NCBI GenBank assembly: GCA_965200245.1
Contig: CBDATS010000004.1
Location: 858,949 to 922,948 of the forward strand
Length of the DNA stretch: 64,000 nt
Direction of reading: 5' to 3'
Source: a bacterium
GTDB taxonomy: Bacteria; UBA8248
Below the pieces are notes generated by a model, which made no database searches, had not been told where the DNA came from, and saw only the letters and a program-made list of their open reading frames with translations. Below, one piece after another: positions 55,730 to 64,000 of the stretch. The position numbers were made by a program, and so were the translations under genes. Every line of letters starts with the position of its first letter. Within the stretch, counting starts at the first letter, position 1.

Positions 55730-56485
55730 CTAACCCGCGTAGGAGCGGGCCTCGTCCACGAAGCGGGAAAAGAGTTGCGCCGCACCGTCCGCGTCGGCGT
55801 AGCCATAGGCCGACATGGATTCCGGATGCCACTGCACGCCCACGACGAACTGATACGAGGGACACTCGACAGCTTCGATAATTCCGTCTTCGGTCCTGGC
55901 CGAAACACGCACGCCCGGTCCCACATCGCGTGCGCTCTGGTGGTGATGGCTGTTCACGACCGAGGAATCACCCATAATCTCGTTCAGGATGGACTCGCCT
56001 ATGTCTATCTCGTGGAAGGTGTAGGTGCTCTCATCCGTATTCTCGGGACGGTGTGTAAGCGATTCCGGTACCTGGGAGGGGATGTCCTGATACAGCGTGC
56101 CGCCCGCCACGATGTTGACGACCTGCATGCCGCCGCAGATGCCGAGCACGGGCATATCGCGCGATACCGCCCCCCGGCAGGCGGCCATCTCCGCCGTCTC
56201 GCGCCTGGGATTCGTGGGACTGCACTCGGGCAACCGTTCCTCACCGTAGAGCATCGGGTCGATGTCGTGCCCGCCACCCGAGATGATGAGGCCATCGATG
56301 CTGAGGAGCAGGGACAGGACCGCCTGCTCGTCATCCACCGCAGGGAGCAGCAGAGGCGCACCGCCCGCCTTGACCACGGACTCCACGTAGGCATCCATGA
56401 GCACGTGGCGGGGACGCACTTGGGGTTCTTCGGGGAAATTCCGCCTGCCGACATCGCAGGTGATTCCGATTTTCGGCCGCTTCAT
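55730..56485 (-). CDS. Gamma-glutamyl-GABA-hydrolase-like class-I glutamine amidotransferase (peptidase C26, PuuD-like)
   Basis: MKRPKIGIT..., nucleophile GICGGMQ, HHHQ and VQWHPE motifs. Confidence 0.9.
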   Translation of the reverse strand: MKRPKIGITCDVGRRNFPEEPQVRPRHVLMDAYVESVVKAGGAPLLLPAVDDEQAVLSLLLSIDGLIISGGGHDIDPMLYGEERLPECSPTNPRRETAEMAACRGAVSRDMPVLGICGGMQVVNIVAGGTLYQDIPSQVPESLTHRPENTDESTYTFHEIDIGESILNEIMGDSSVVNSHHHQSARDVGPGVRVSARTEDGIIEAVECPSYQFVVGVQWHPESMSAYGYADADGAAQLFSRFVDEARSYAG

Positions 56486-56700
56486 TCGCCGTCGCCTTCC
56501 TTGGAAAAAAATAAAATGTGACAGGAACCCGATCAAAAATGTTCGTATTTACTGGACTGTAAACTCATATCACCACATTTCGCGCGAAACGAAAACCGCG
56601 CGCGCCCATCAGGCCGAAAACGAGCGCCTCGGCCCGGTGGCGAAAGGGTGGATTCCGACGCTGACACCCTCTATATTTCAAAACAGGAGGTCGAGTAAAC

Positions 56701-57009
56701 GTGTTTCGCCTTTACTTCACACGGCTGGTTTTGCCCATCCTCTTCGTGGCGGGGATGGTGGCGATTCCCTTCGTCTGGCTACCCGACATCGCTCCGCCGG
56801 AGAAACCTCCCGCAGCAGGTGAGAAAGCGCCTGGCGCGGAAGAGGAAAAAACCCGTCGTGCCACACCGTTTCAGAAGGCGATGACGATAGGGTTCGCGCT
56901 CATCCTGGTGTCGGTGACGGCGGGCGGCGTGATGCTCTACGGCATCACCCGGTCCCAAACGGCGAGCTGGCGGCGGCGTTTCGCGCCTCCCAGGCGTAAA
57001 GAGCGTTGA
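56701..57009 (+). CDS. Small hypothetical two-helix membrane protein with Pro/Glu/Lys-rich linker
   Basis: GTG start 9 nt after AGGAGG. Two hydrophobic segments and a basic C-terminal tail. No recognisable family. Confidence 0.5.
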   Translation: MFRLYFTRLVLPILFVAGMVAIPFVWLPDIAPPEKPPAAGEKAPGAEEEKTRRATPFQKAMTIGFALILVSVTAGGVMLYGITRSQTASWRRRFAPPRRKER

Positions 57010-57024
57010 GAGCAATTCAGAAAA

Positions 57025-57056
57025 CCGCAGGGAACAGGTCGCGACCGTCTCCGCAG
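57025..57056. repeat. REP-like GC-rich palindromic unit
   Basis: CCGCAGGGAACAGGTCGCGACCGTCTCCGCAG between convergent genes. The minus-strand form is followed by TTTTCTG, 6 nt after the MFS stop. Confidence 0.7.
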
Positions 57057-57061
57057 AAAAC

Positions 57062-58288
57062 TCACTTCCCCTGTTTCCATATCCCAAGCGACGCGCCGCT
57101 CAGTACAGACGCTCCCGCAGCGTAGGCCAGGCACATGAGGGCGATGCTCTCCACGCTGACTCGATAGTCTATCATCCAGCCAAATACAACGGGAGAGAGC
57201 GCCGTCGAAACCACCATGAACGAGGTGGCGAGCGAGCGGATGGCACCCAGGTTCTCCACCCCGTAGATCTCCGCCCAGATCGCCCCGCCGATGGTGATGC
57301 GCATGCCGACGGTGATCCCCGTCAGGCACAAATAAACGATGGCGGCGGACCAGTGGTCGAAACCCGCAAGCGCCAGAAGCCCGACGCACATGGGCGCCAG
57401 ATGCCAGGGGAGGATTTTGACCGCGCCGACCCGATCGATCAGGGGCCCGGTGAGCAGCGTCAATGAAATCGAGGCAACCGTGTAGAGCGTATACATGCCC
57501 GTGAAGAAGGCGAGGCTCCACCCCTTGGCTTCCACCAGATGCGCCATGTGGAAGAAAAAGCCGGTGACGATGAACGAGGGGGCCAGAGAAACAGGCATGA
57601 TGAGATAAAACCGCAGATCCTTGAGCACATCCTTCCTTCCCCATACCCCATGGGATACGGAGGCGGAAATCGATTCCGCCATGCGCGTCTTTTGGGCCAG
57701 ATGCTCGTCTTCGTGTTCCGCAAGCAGCCACACGACGGCGGGAATCAGGATAACGGCGGAGAAGGCCGCCATCACGAGCCAGACCTGCCGCCAGTGAAGC
57801 CACGCGGCCAGGGCGACCGCCACGAGCGCCATGACGGCCTGACCCGACGGCCCGCCCATCGAGATGATACTCACGGCGCGGCCCCGCTCGGCGGTAAAAT
57901 GCCGCCCGATGCTCGTGACCGCCGTGTGCACCATCAGCCCCTGGCCGGTCAGGCGCAGGGCGAACAGAGCGAAGAGTAGTGCCCAGAAAAGGGGTGCCGC
58001 CGCCAACAAGACGCAGGAGGCGATTAAACCCGAGCAGACGAACAGGGCGAAAGTCTTGAGCCTGGTCCTGTCGATCAGGCGGCCCGCCCATATCAGGCAC
58101 ATGGCACTCGATACGGTGGCGGCACCGTATGCGAGGCCAAACTCCCCGTGCGAGAGCGAGAATGCGCTCCGGATATCCTTGTTGAACACGGCGATGAAAT
58201 AAGACTGTCCGAAACACGAAAAGAACGTGAGCAAGAGGCCGAATGCCAGGAAGCGGCGGTTTTTCCACCCGAAGGAAAGATATTCCAA
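57062..58288 (-). CDS. MFS transporter
   Basis: 408 aa, 12 hydrophobic helices, GRLIDRTRLK loop. Confidence 0.85.
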   Translation of the reverse strand: MEYLSFGWKNRRFLAFGLLLTFFSCFGQSYFIAVFNKDIRSAFSLSHGEFGLAYGAATVSSAMCLIWAGRLIDRTRLKTFALFVCSGLIASCVLLAAAPLFWALLFALFALRLTGQGLMVHTAVTSIGRHFTAERGRAVSIISMGGPSGQAVMALVAVALAAWLHWRQVWLVMAAFSAVILIPAVVWLLAEHEDEHLAQKTRMAESISASVSHGVWGRKDVLKDLRFYLIMPVSLAPSFIVTGFFFHMAHLVEAKGWSLAFFTGMYTLYTVASISLTLLTGPLIDRVGAVKILPWHLAPMCVGLLALAGFDHWSAAIVYLCLTGITVGMRITIGGAIWAEIYGVENLGAIRSLATSFMVVSTALSPVVFGWMIDYRVSVESIALMCLAYAAGASVLSGASLGIWKQGK

Positions 58289-58401
58289 TGGCGACCTTCA
58301 CGAGCAGGGTGCGGGGAAATGTCGATCCGAATTAAGTATAGCATGGGATTGGGGACATATACGCCTCGTGCGAACCAGCACCAAAACGACGACCACGGAG
58401 A

Positions 58402-58435
58402 TCCGCAGGGGCGGTTCGCGAACCGCTCCTGCGGA
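58402..58435. repeat. 34-bp near-perfect palindrome, most symmetric member of the REP-like family
   Basis: TCCGCAGGGGCGGTTCG|CGAACCGCTCCTGCGGA, 16 of 17 positions complementary (the one mismatch is G:T). Confidence 0.75.
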
Positions 58436-58635
58436 AACCCATGTGAATGAAGCAAATCTGTAGCGGGGCGGCCCATTGCGGCCGCCCTCTGCCGGACAGG
58501 CACGGGTACTGTCTGCAGATGAAAGCAAATGTGTTGTGGAATTCCGAAGAGTGCACCAGATGTCCGTCTTGACATTCCAGCGAACCGTCTCATACCCTGA
58601 ATCTACAGCCCCAACCATGGAGGTTTTGATTCGCC

Positions 58636-59322
58636 ATGCGATTCCAGATCGGTCTTCTTCTCTTTCCGAATCTCACCCAACTCGACATGACCGGCCCGTA
58701 TGAGGTCTTCACCAAGTTCCCGGAGTCAGACGTTCATCTCATCTGGAAAACCCTGGACCCGGTAAAGGCCGGCGGCGGCATGCAACTTCTGCCGACCACG
58801 ACCTTCGCGGAAAGTCCCGGGCTCGACCTCATCTGCATCCCGGGCGGTGCGGGCATGAACCCGCTGTTGAACGACGAAGAGACGCTTGGGTTCGTGCGCC
58901 GAATGGCGGCGGGGGCGCGTTACGTGGCCTCCGTGTGCACGGGGTCGCTCGTGCTGGGTGCCGCGGGGCTTCTGCAAGGCAAGCGCGCGACGACGCACTG
59001 GATGTCACTGCCGATGCTCGCCGCCTTTGGTTGTGAACCCGTGGCCGAGCGCGTGGTCGTTGACGGCAACGTGATCACCGGAGGGGGCGTCACGGCCGGA
59101 ATCGATTTCGCCCTGACAGTGGCGGGGGAGTTGCTGGGGCCCGAAGCAGCCCGGAAGATACAACTCGGCATGGAGTATGACCCGCAGCCTCCCTTCGATG
59201 CGGGCTCTCCCGAGCGCGCGGAACCGGCTATGGTGGCCGCTGTCCGCGAGTCCGCCGCAGCGCGTCAAAGCGAACGGGAAGCGGCGGTCAATGAGGCGGC
59301 GGGAAAACTGAAAAGCGACTGA
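58636..59322 (+). CDS. DJ-1/PfpI-family protein (class-I glutamine-amidotransferase-like)
   Basis: 228 aa. Nucleophile elbow ASVCTGSLVLGAAG, followed by ATTHW. Confidence 0.9.
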   Translation: MRFQIGLLLFPNLTQLDMTGPYEVFTKFPESDVHLIWKTLDPVKAGGGMQLLPTTTFAESPGLDLICIPGGAGMNPLLNDEETLGFVRRMAAGARYVASVCTGSLVLGAAGLLQGKRATTHWMSLPMLAAFGCEPVAERVVVDGNVITGGGVTAGIDFALTVAGELLGPEAARKIQLGMEYDPQPPFDAGSPERAEPAMVAAVRESAAARQSEREAAVNEAAGKLKSD

Positions 59323-59763
59323 TGCGGGTTGGAGAACCCCGCATTCCCGCCAGGGCGCGTATTCTTCCATCCCCTGATCGGAACGGCCTCAAGTAGCTCG
59401 AACCGCACCGAATACACACCCATGCATAGCGGCCGGAAAAGAGGCCGCCCTTGCGGGCGGTATCAAACCCGCCAAATACGAAATCGAACCCGACCCGTCT
59501 GGGAAGAATGAACGACCCATGAAGAAGGGATTGTGCATCCCTTCCGATTTCAGACCGGTGAGGTGGATACCCTGGAATCGCAAACGTTTCCTCACCACAC
59601 GCCTGATGGTCATCGAACGACCCTTGCCGAACGATTTTGCCTCATTGTGGCGTTATGATAGATTTATTGTGTGAAAACATCGGTGCAAAACGGACTCCGG
59701 GAGAGGAGAATCTACTCCACGTCACTGCGCAGGATGCCGACGGAAAAACCCGAGGTCTCCCTC

Positions 59764-60666
59764 ATGAACCGAAGCCGGACAAAAAAATCCTACAACGCTC
59801 AGGACGTAAAGCACTTTGCTCGTGAGTTGGGCGCTGACCTTGTGGGGGTCACTTCGGCGGAGGATTTCGCAGAGGCCTCGCCGGGCTGCCGCCCCAGGGA
59901 CCTTTTCAGCATTGCGAACAGCGTTATCGTATTGGCCAAGCGTATTCCGTTCGCCGCGGCCACACCCTATCCCAGCATCGGCGCGATGGAATTCGGCGAA
60001 TACATTCCAGAGAATTTCCTGAACGAAACCTGCTATCGCCTCTCACTTCTTCTGGAAGATGCCGGCTGGCTATCTGGCGCCACGCCATGCGGGCGCGATA
60101 TCACGAATTTCCACGTGGAAGAAGAAAACCCGGAGCCCAAGGTATTCCTGCGAGGATCCTTCGACTTGAGGCTCGCGGCGGTTAAGGCCGGTATCGGCCA
60201 TATCGGCACCAACAACTGTCTTATCACGCAGGAATACGGCTCCCGCGTTCGACTGGGTGCAGTGCTCACCGAGGCGAATCTGGAGTCCGATGCGCCCAAC
60301 CAATACGGTGAAGTACCCGATTTCTGCCATGAGTGCGGCTTTCGCTGCGTAGAAGCTTGTCCTGCGAACGCACTTTCCGGCAATGGCACAGTCGATCACT
60401 ACCGCTGCATGGTCATACGCCCGGATTTGATCTCGACGGAAAAATCACTCGCCTATTTCAAAAAAATTTTCCGTGACAAACCCCTCATCATGGCCGCCAA
60501 GGGACTTTCCTACACCGACAGTCCACCACATCCATGCACCACCTGCATCTCCCTGTGTCCGATGGATCAGGGCCGCGATTTCGTGAACAAACCTTTTCAC
60601 CGGGAATCCTGGTCCGATGAAGATGCGCTCAAGGTCCTGGATCCGACCCTGTTGGAGAATCCATAG
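59764..60666 (+). CDS. QueG/reductive-dehalogenase-superfamily-like Fe-S protein, paralog 1
   Basis: N-terminus VKHFARELGADLVGVTS. GIGHIGTNNCLITQEYGSRVRLGAVLT. Cys motifs FCHECGFRCVEACP and HPCTTCISLCP. Confidence 0.8.
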   Translation: MNRSRTKKSYNAQDVKHFARELGADLVGVTSAEDFAEASPGCRPRDLFSIANSVIVLAKRIPFAAATPYPSIGAMEFGEYIPENFLNETCYRLSLLLEDAGWLSGATPCGRDITNFHVEEENPEPKVFLRGSFDLRLAAVKAGIGHIGTNNCLITQEYGSRVRLGAVLTEANLESDAPNQYGEVPDFCHECGFRCVEACPANALSGNGTVDHYRCMVIRPDLISTEKSLAYFKKIFRDKPLIMAAKGLSYTDSPPHPCTTCISLCPMDQGRDFVNKPFHRESWSDEDALKVLDPTLLENP

Positions 60667-60667
60667 G

Positions 60668-61516
60668 ATGCAAAACCGCTCATACACCGCGATTTCTTCA
60701 GACAACGTCAAGACGCAGGCCCGTGAATTCGGCGCGGATCTTGTGGGTATTTCTTCATCTGAGGGTTTCGAGAAGGCCCTTCCGGGTTGCAAGCCCGGGG
60801 ATTTGGTGAAGGATGCCAAAAGCGTTGTCGTCTTCGCACGTCGCATGCCCTTCGGCAACGCCACCTCCCGGCCAACCGTGAGTTATCTGGAATTCGGCTA
60901 TTACGGGCACGAGGCCTGGATCAACAAACTCTCATACCGGCTGGCCCTCTGGCTGGAAGACAACGGTCACATGTCTCTCCCCACGCCTGCGGGGAGAGAC
61001 ATTCCCTCGCTCCGTATTCTTCGCGAAGGACCGGAACCCGAGGTTTTCATGCAAGGCTCCTTCGACTTGAGGCTGGCCGCGGTGAACGCGGGAATGGGCG
61101 AAATCGGCGTGAACAACAACCTGATCACCGCCGAATACGGCTCGCGCCTCAGGCTGGGAGCGGTCATCACGACGGCTGTGCTCGAACCTGATCCGCCCAA
61201 GCGATACGGCGTGGTGCCTGATTTCTGCGTGGAGTGCGGCTACAAGTGTATCAAGCCCTGTCCGGCGCACGCGCTGCCCGGAGACGGCGCGGTGGATCAT
61301 TACAAGTGCATGGTGATGTATCCCCAAAAAGTCTCGCCGGAGAAGGCCGTCGATGTCTTCAGGAAACGCTACGACCACCCGGAACTCCAGCTTGCCGGGC
61401 GAATGATGGCCTTTACCGACAACGCGCCGCACGTCTGCGCGACCTGTATCACCCTGTGCCCGATGGGCGAAGCACGCCGCATCAAAGAGGAGGCGGCGGC
61501 GAACGGCAGGGACTGA
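60668..61516 (+). CDS. QueG/reductive-dehalogenase-superfamily-like Fe-S protein, paralog 2
   Basis: Collinear with paralog 1, about half of positions identical by eye. Cys motifs FCVECGYKCIKPCP and HVCATCITLCP. ATG lies 2 nt after the paralog 1 stop. Confidence 0.8.
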   Translation: MQNRSYTAISSDNVKTQAREFGADLVGISSSEGFEKALPGCKPGDLVKDAKSVVVFARRMPFGNATSRPTVSYLEFGYYGHEAWINKLSYRLALWLEDNGHMSLPTPAGRDIPSLRILREGPEPEVFMQGSFDLRLAAVNAGMGEIGVNNNLITAEYGSRLRLGAVITTAVLEPDPPKRYGVVPDFCVECGYKCIKPCPAHALPGDGAVDHYKCMVMYPQKVSPEKAVDVFRKRYDHPELQLAGRMMAFTDNAPHVCATCITLCPMGEARRIKEEAAANGRD

Positions 61517-61616
61517 CCGCTCGTTAACACAATGGAAAACACAACGAACCACATGTAAATTGCCTTTATCGGGATGCAGGAGAATGCATCTCGTTTTCTT
61601 TTCCCGGGAGTCTGCG

Positions 61617-62849
61617 ATGCCGAAACCGCTCGATGGGGTGCGGGTACTGGATTTGACCCAGTTCTACTCGGGCCCCTGGGCTACGCTCCTGCTCGCGGGC
61701 CTGGGTGCCGAGGTCATCAAGGTGAACCATCCGGTCACGGGCGATGTGGTGGCCATGGGGCCTCCCTACGCCGGCCCCAGGGGCGTTTCCTTCCACCGCC
61801 AAAGCGAGGACGACCTGAGAATCGCCTATCTGAAGCGAACCCGCAACAAAAAATCCCTGACTCTCGACCTGAAAGAGCCGCGTGGGCTGAATTTGTTCTA
61901 TCAACTGGTGGATGAATCCGATGTGCTCGTCGAAAACTTTTCCGTGGGCGTGACTGCGCGTCTCAAAATCGACTACGAGACACTTGAAAAGCGCAACCCG
62001 GGGCTCGTCTACTGCTCCATCACCGGCTATGGGCAGAACGGCCCCGACGCGCGATTAAAGGGCTACGACGCCGTCACCCAGGCGGTCTCGAGCCTCATGA
62101 ACCTGACCGGCTTCCCCGACGGCCCTCCGACCAAGGCGGGCTCCGCCATCGCGGACAGCATCGGGGGCACATTCGCCTTCGGTGCCATCACCACGGCGCT
62201 TCTGCACCGCGAACGCACAGGCCAGGGCCAGTGGTTGGACATCTCCATGGTGGACTGCCTCTTGTCCCTCGTATTCGATGAGCCGATGGACTGCTACGAG
62301 GCGCTGGGGTTGCCCGATCGGCTGGGAAACCGCATCATGCGCCTATCCCCTTTCAACGCTTATGAGGCGCATGACGGATGGCTGGTCATCGGCTCGGGCA
62401 CTGACCCCCACTGGAACAACATCCTGCGCGCTATCGGGCGCGAGGAACTGGTGGGTGATCCGCGCTACGAGGATCTGAGCGCCCGCATCACGCGCAACGA
62501 CGAGGTGGACGCCGTCATCACCGAATGGACGAAAAGGCACACCGTGGAAGAAGCGCTTTCAGAACTACGCCGCTACGAGGTTATCTGCGGCCCTGTCCAT
62601 ACCATCAGGGATATCCTCGCGTGGCCGCACTTAAGGGCTCGGAACATGATAAAAGACCTCCCCCATCCCACGCTCGGTCCTCTTCGCGAAGTCAAGTCGG
62701 CCGCCTTTCCACTCAAATTCAGCAAAACCCCTGGCAGCTACGACACACCCGCTCCGCTGAGCGGCCGGCACACAGAGGAGATACTGTGCGACCTGCTCGG
62801 CCTCACGAAAGAAGAGATCGACATGCTCAAGGAAGACGGGGTTATCTAG
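61617..62849 (+). CDS. Family III CoA-transferase (CaiB/BaiF family)
   Basis: MPKPLDGVRVLDLTQFYSGPWAT, ENF motif (VENFSVG), catalytic Asp region LDISMVD. Confidence 0.9.
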   Translation: MPKPLDGVRVLDLTQFYSGPWATLLLAGLGAEVIKVNHPVTGDVVAMGPPYAGPRGVSFHRQSEDDLRIAYLKRTRNKKSLTLDLKEPRGLNLFYQLVDESDVLVENFSVGVTARLKIDYETLEKRNPGLVYCSITGYGQNGPDARLKGYDAVTQAVSSLMNLTGFPDGPPTKAGSAIADSIGGTFAFGAITTALLHRERTGQGQWLDISMVDCLLSLVFDEPMDCYEALGLPDRLGNRIMRLSPFNAYEAHDGWLVIGSGTDPHWNNILRAIGREELVGDPRYEDLSARITRNDEVDAVITEWTKRHTVEEALSELRRYEVICGPVHTIRDILAWPHLRARNMIKDLPHPTLGPLREVKSAAFPLKFSKTPGSYDTPAPLSGRHTEEILCDLLGLTKEEIDMLKEDGVI

Positions 62850-62878
62850 GACAAGCCAGGAAAAACGACAGGTTCCGC

Positions 62879-64000
62879 CTATTCGGCGGAACTCCCGCCA
62901 GTCAGTCCGAGCCGTGCCGCCCGGAACATCGAGGCCATGCTGTAAACCGCGGTGATGAGGGATAGCACAAGTATAGTCGCCGTGATGGGGCTGGTCAGGA
63001 GCTGCCCGATATCTCCCCCCGAGATCGTGAGCGCGCGGCTCAGGTTGATCTCGATGATCGGACCCATGATGAAAGCGAGCACGATGGGCACGACGGGAAT
63101 GTTGATCTTCTCGAAGAAATAAGCGAGCGCGCCCAGAATCAGCACCATGACGACGTGGGCCGTGTAGTTCGCATAAACGTAGCTGCCGACGACGATGAGA
63201 ATCAGGACGAACGGCCCCAAGATGCGGCGGGGCACCTTGGCGACGAGGCTGAAGGCACGGGTGCCGACAAGGCCCGTGCCCAGGAGCATGAGGTTGATCA
63301 CGAAAAGGCCGATGAACACCGTCATCACAAAGGTTCCGTTGTCCCGAAAGAGCAGCGGGCCGGGAACCAGACCCTTGCTGATCAGTACACCCAGAAGAAT
63401 CGCCGCTCCGCCCGAGCCAGGAATTCCGAGCGACAGCGAAGGCACGAGCGTCCCCGCGACGAGGGCGTTGTTCGAACACTCGGGCGCGGCGACACCTTCG
63501 ATGACGCCGGTACCGAACTTATCCGATCGTTTCGACCATCGCCTCTCCTCGCTGTAGGCCAGCATACCGGCGATGGATCCACCCGCTCCCGGCACGGCGC
63601 CGACTCCCGTTCCGATGAGGCTCGCGCGAATCCAGGTGGGGATGAGCCTGCGGACCTCCGCCGGCAGGATACGGTTGCGTTCATCGGCGGTTCCTTGCTC
63701 GGCGGTCTCCTTGCTCTCAATCGTACGCCTGTGCTCCACCAGGAGGTTGAACGCCTCAGGTCCCGCCAGAAAGGCAATGATGACGACGACAAGCGGGATG
63801 CCGTCCATCAGATAGCCCTGATCGAAGGTGAACCGAAGCCCCCCGAAACCCGAACTCCCGACCGTGGCCAGGAGCAGTCCGATTCCCGTAGCGAGAAAAC
63901 CGCGTGCGGCGTCCTTTCCGAAAAAGCTCGCCACGATCGACAGACCGAACACGCCGACCGCGAACAACTCGCCCGGTCCGAACATCAAAGCGACGTGGCC
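62879..64000 (-). CDS. TctA-family tripartite tricarboxylate transporter permease (5-prime end beyond the window)
   Basis: GAVPGAGGSIAGMLAYSEE and GVAAPECSNNA motifs are collinear with tctA at 15033-16541. The ORF is still open at base 64000. Confidence 0.85.
   Translation of the reverse strand, partial: GHVALMFGPGELFAVGVFGLSIVASFFGKDAARGFLATGIGLLLATVGSSGFGGLRFTFDQGYLMDGIPLVVVIIAFLAGPEAFNLLVEHRRTIESKETAEQGTADERNRILPAEVRRLIPTWIRASLIGTGVGAVPGAGGSIAGMLAYSEERRWSKRSDKFGTGVIEGVAAPECSNNALVAGTLVPSLSLGIPGSGGAAILLGVLISKGLVPGPLLFRDNGTFVMTVFIGLFVINLMLLGTGLVGTRAFSLVAKVPRRILGPFVLILIVVGSYVYANYTAHVVMVLILGALAYFFEKINIPVVPIVLAFIMGPIIEINLSRALTISGGDIGQLLTSPITATILVLSLITAVYSMASMFRAARLGLTGGSSAE

Noticed and set aside
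59323-59763. 440-nt intergenic region upstream of the QueG-like genes with several hairpins, considered as a cobalamin or preQ1 riboswitch or sRNA. The hairpins are GCGGCC/GGCCGC, CCGCCC/GGGCGG, GAAGGGAT/ATCCCTTC and GGTGAGG/CCTCACC.
   Set aside because: No B12-box (GCCACTG-type) or preQ1 core was found, and the hairpins have no consistent order resembling a known Rfam family. It may still be worth an Infernal scan, but I cannot support a call.
1-64000. tRNA, rRNA, tmRNA, RNase P, SRP RNA or a CRISPR array.
   Set aside because: I saw no cloverleaf-compatible segment with a T-loop GTTCGAATC-type motif. I found no conserved rRNA/RNase P/tmRNA blocks and no regularly spaced direct repeats. The only short repeats are the palindromic REP-like units.

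Overview
GC-rich chromosomal segment from a diderm bacterium; I cannot assign a taxon from sequence alone. About 55 protein genes are supportable, almost all housekeeping or catabolic.

Gene content, left to right:
- MFS transporter, ThDP enzyme and crotonase.
- An SOS/repair group: rlmD-like, lexA-dinB, uvrA.
- An SDR, a tctCBA tricarboxylate transporter, a MetE-like enzyme, hsp20 and a PrpD-family protein.
- An AT-rich island with two TbpB-fold lipoproteins flanking a decayed IS1595 transposase.
- A 12-gene urtABCDE-ureABCEFGD urea uptake/urease array, preceded by an oversized amidase.
- A HigB / XRE-ImmA toxin-antitoxin pair.
- An alpha/beta hydrolase and an ABC-exporter relic.
- A crotonase / acyl-CoA synthetase / crotonase / VOC / creatininase-family cluster.
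- A convergent CUT1-type ABC importer with VOC, PHP-like hydrolase and PuuD-like amidohydrolase.
- MFS, DJ-1/PfpI, two tandem QueG/RdhA-like Fe-S proteins with a family III CoA-transferase, and a partial second tctA.

I found no rRNA, tRNA, CRISPR array or intact mobile element.

Most notable observations:
1. Two conserved secreted proteins are interrupted by in-frame TAG codons, and two more genes by frameshifts at G-runs. Together with two gene relics, that is six damaged genes in 64 kb.
2. A family of related GC-rich palindromic (REP-like) units recurs in intergenic regions.
3. A perfect 16-bp AT-only inverted repeat sits between the hsp20 promoter and its start codon.
4. There is a TbpB-fold lipoprotein with a long Ala-rich stalk, a tandem pair of non-canonical Fe-S proteins, and a HigB toxin paired with a fused XRE-ImmA antitoxin.

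All functional calls rest on motif recognition by eye. No database search was possible, and start codons are approximate.
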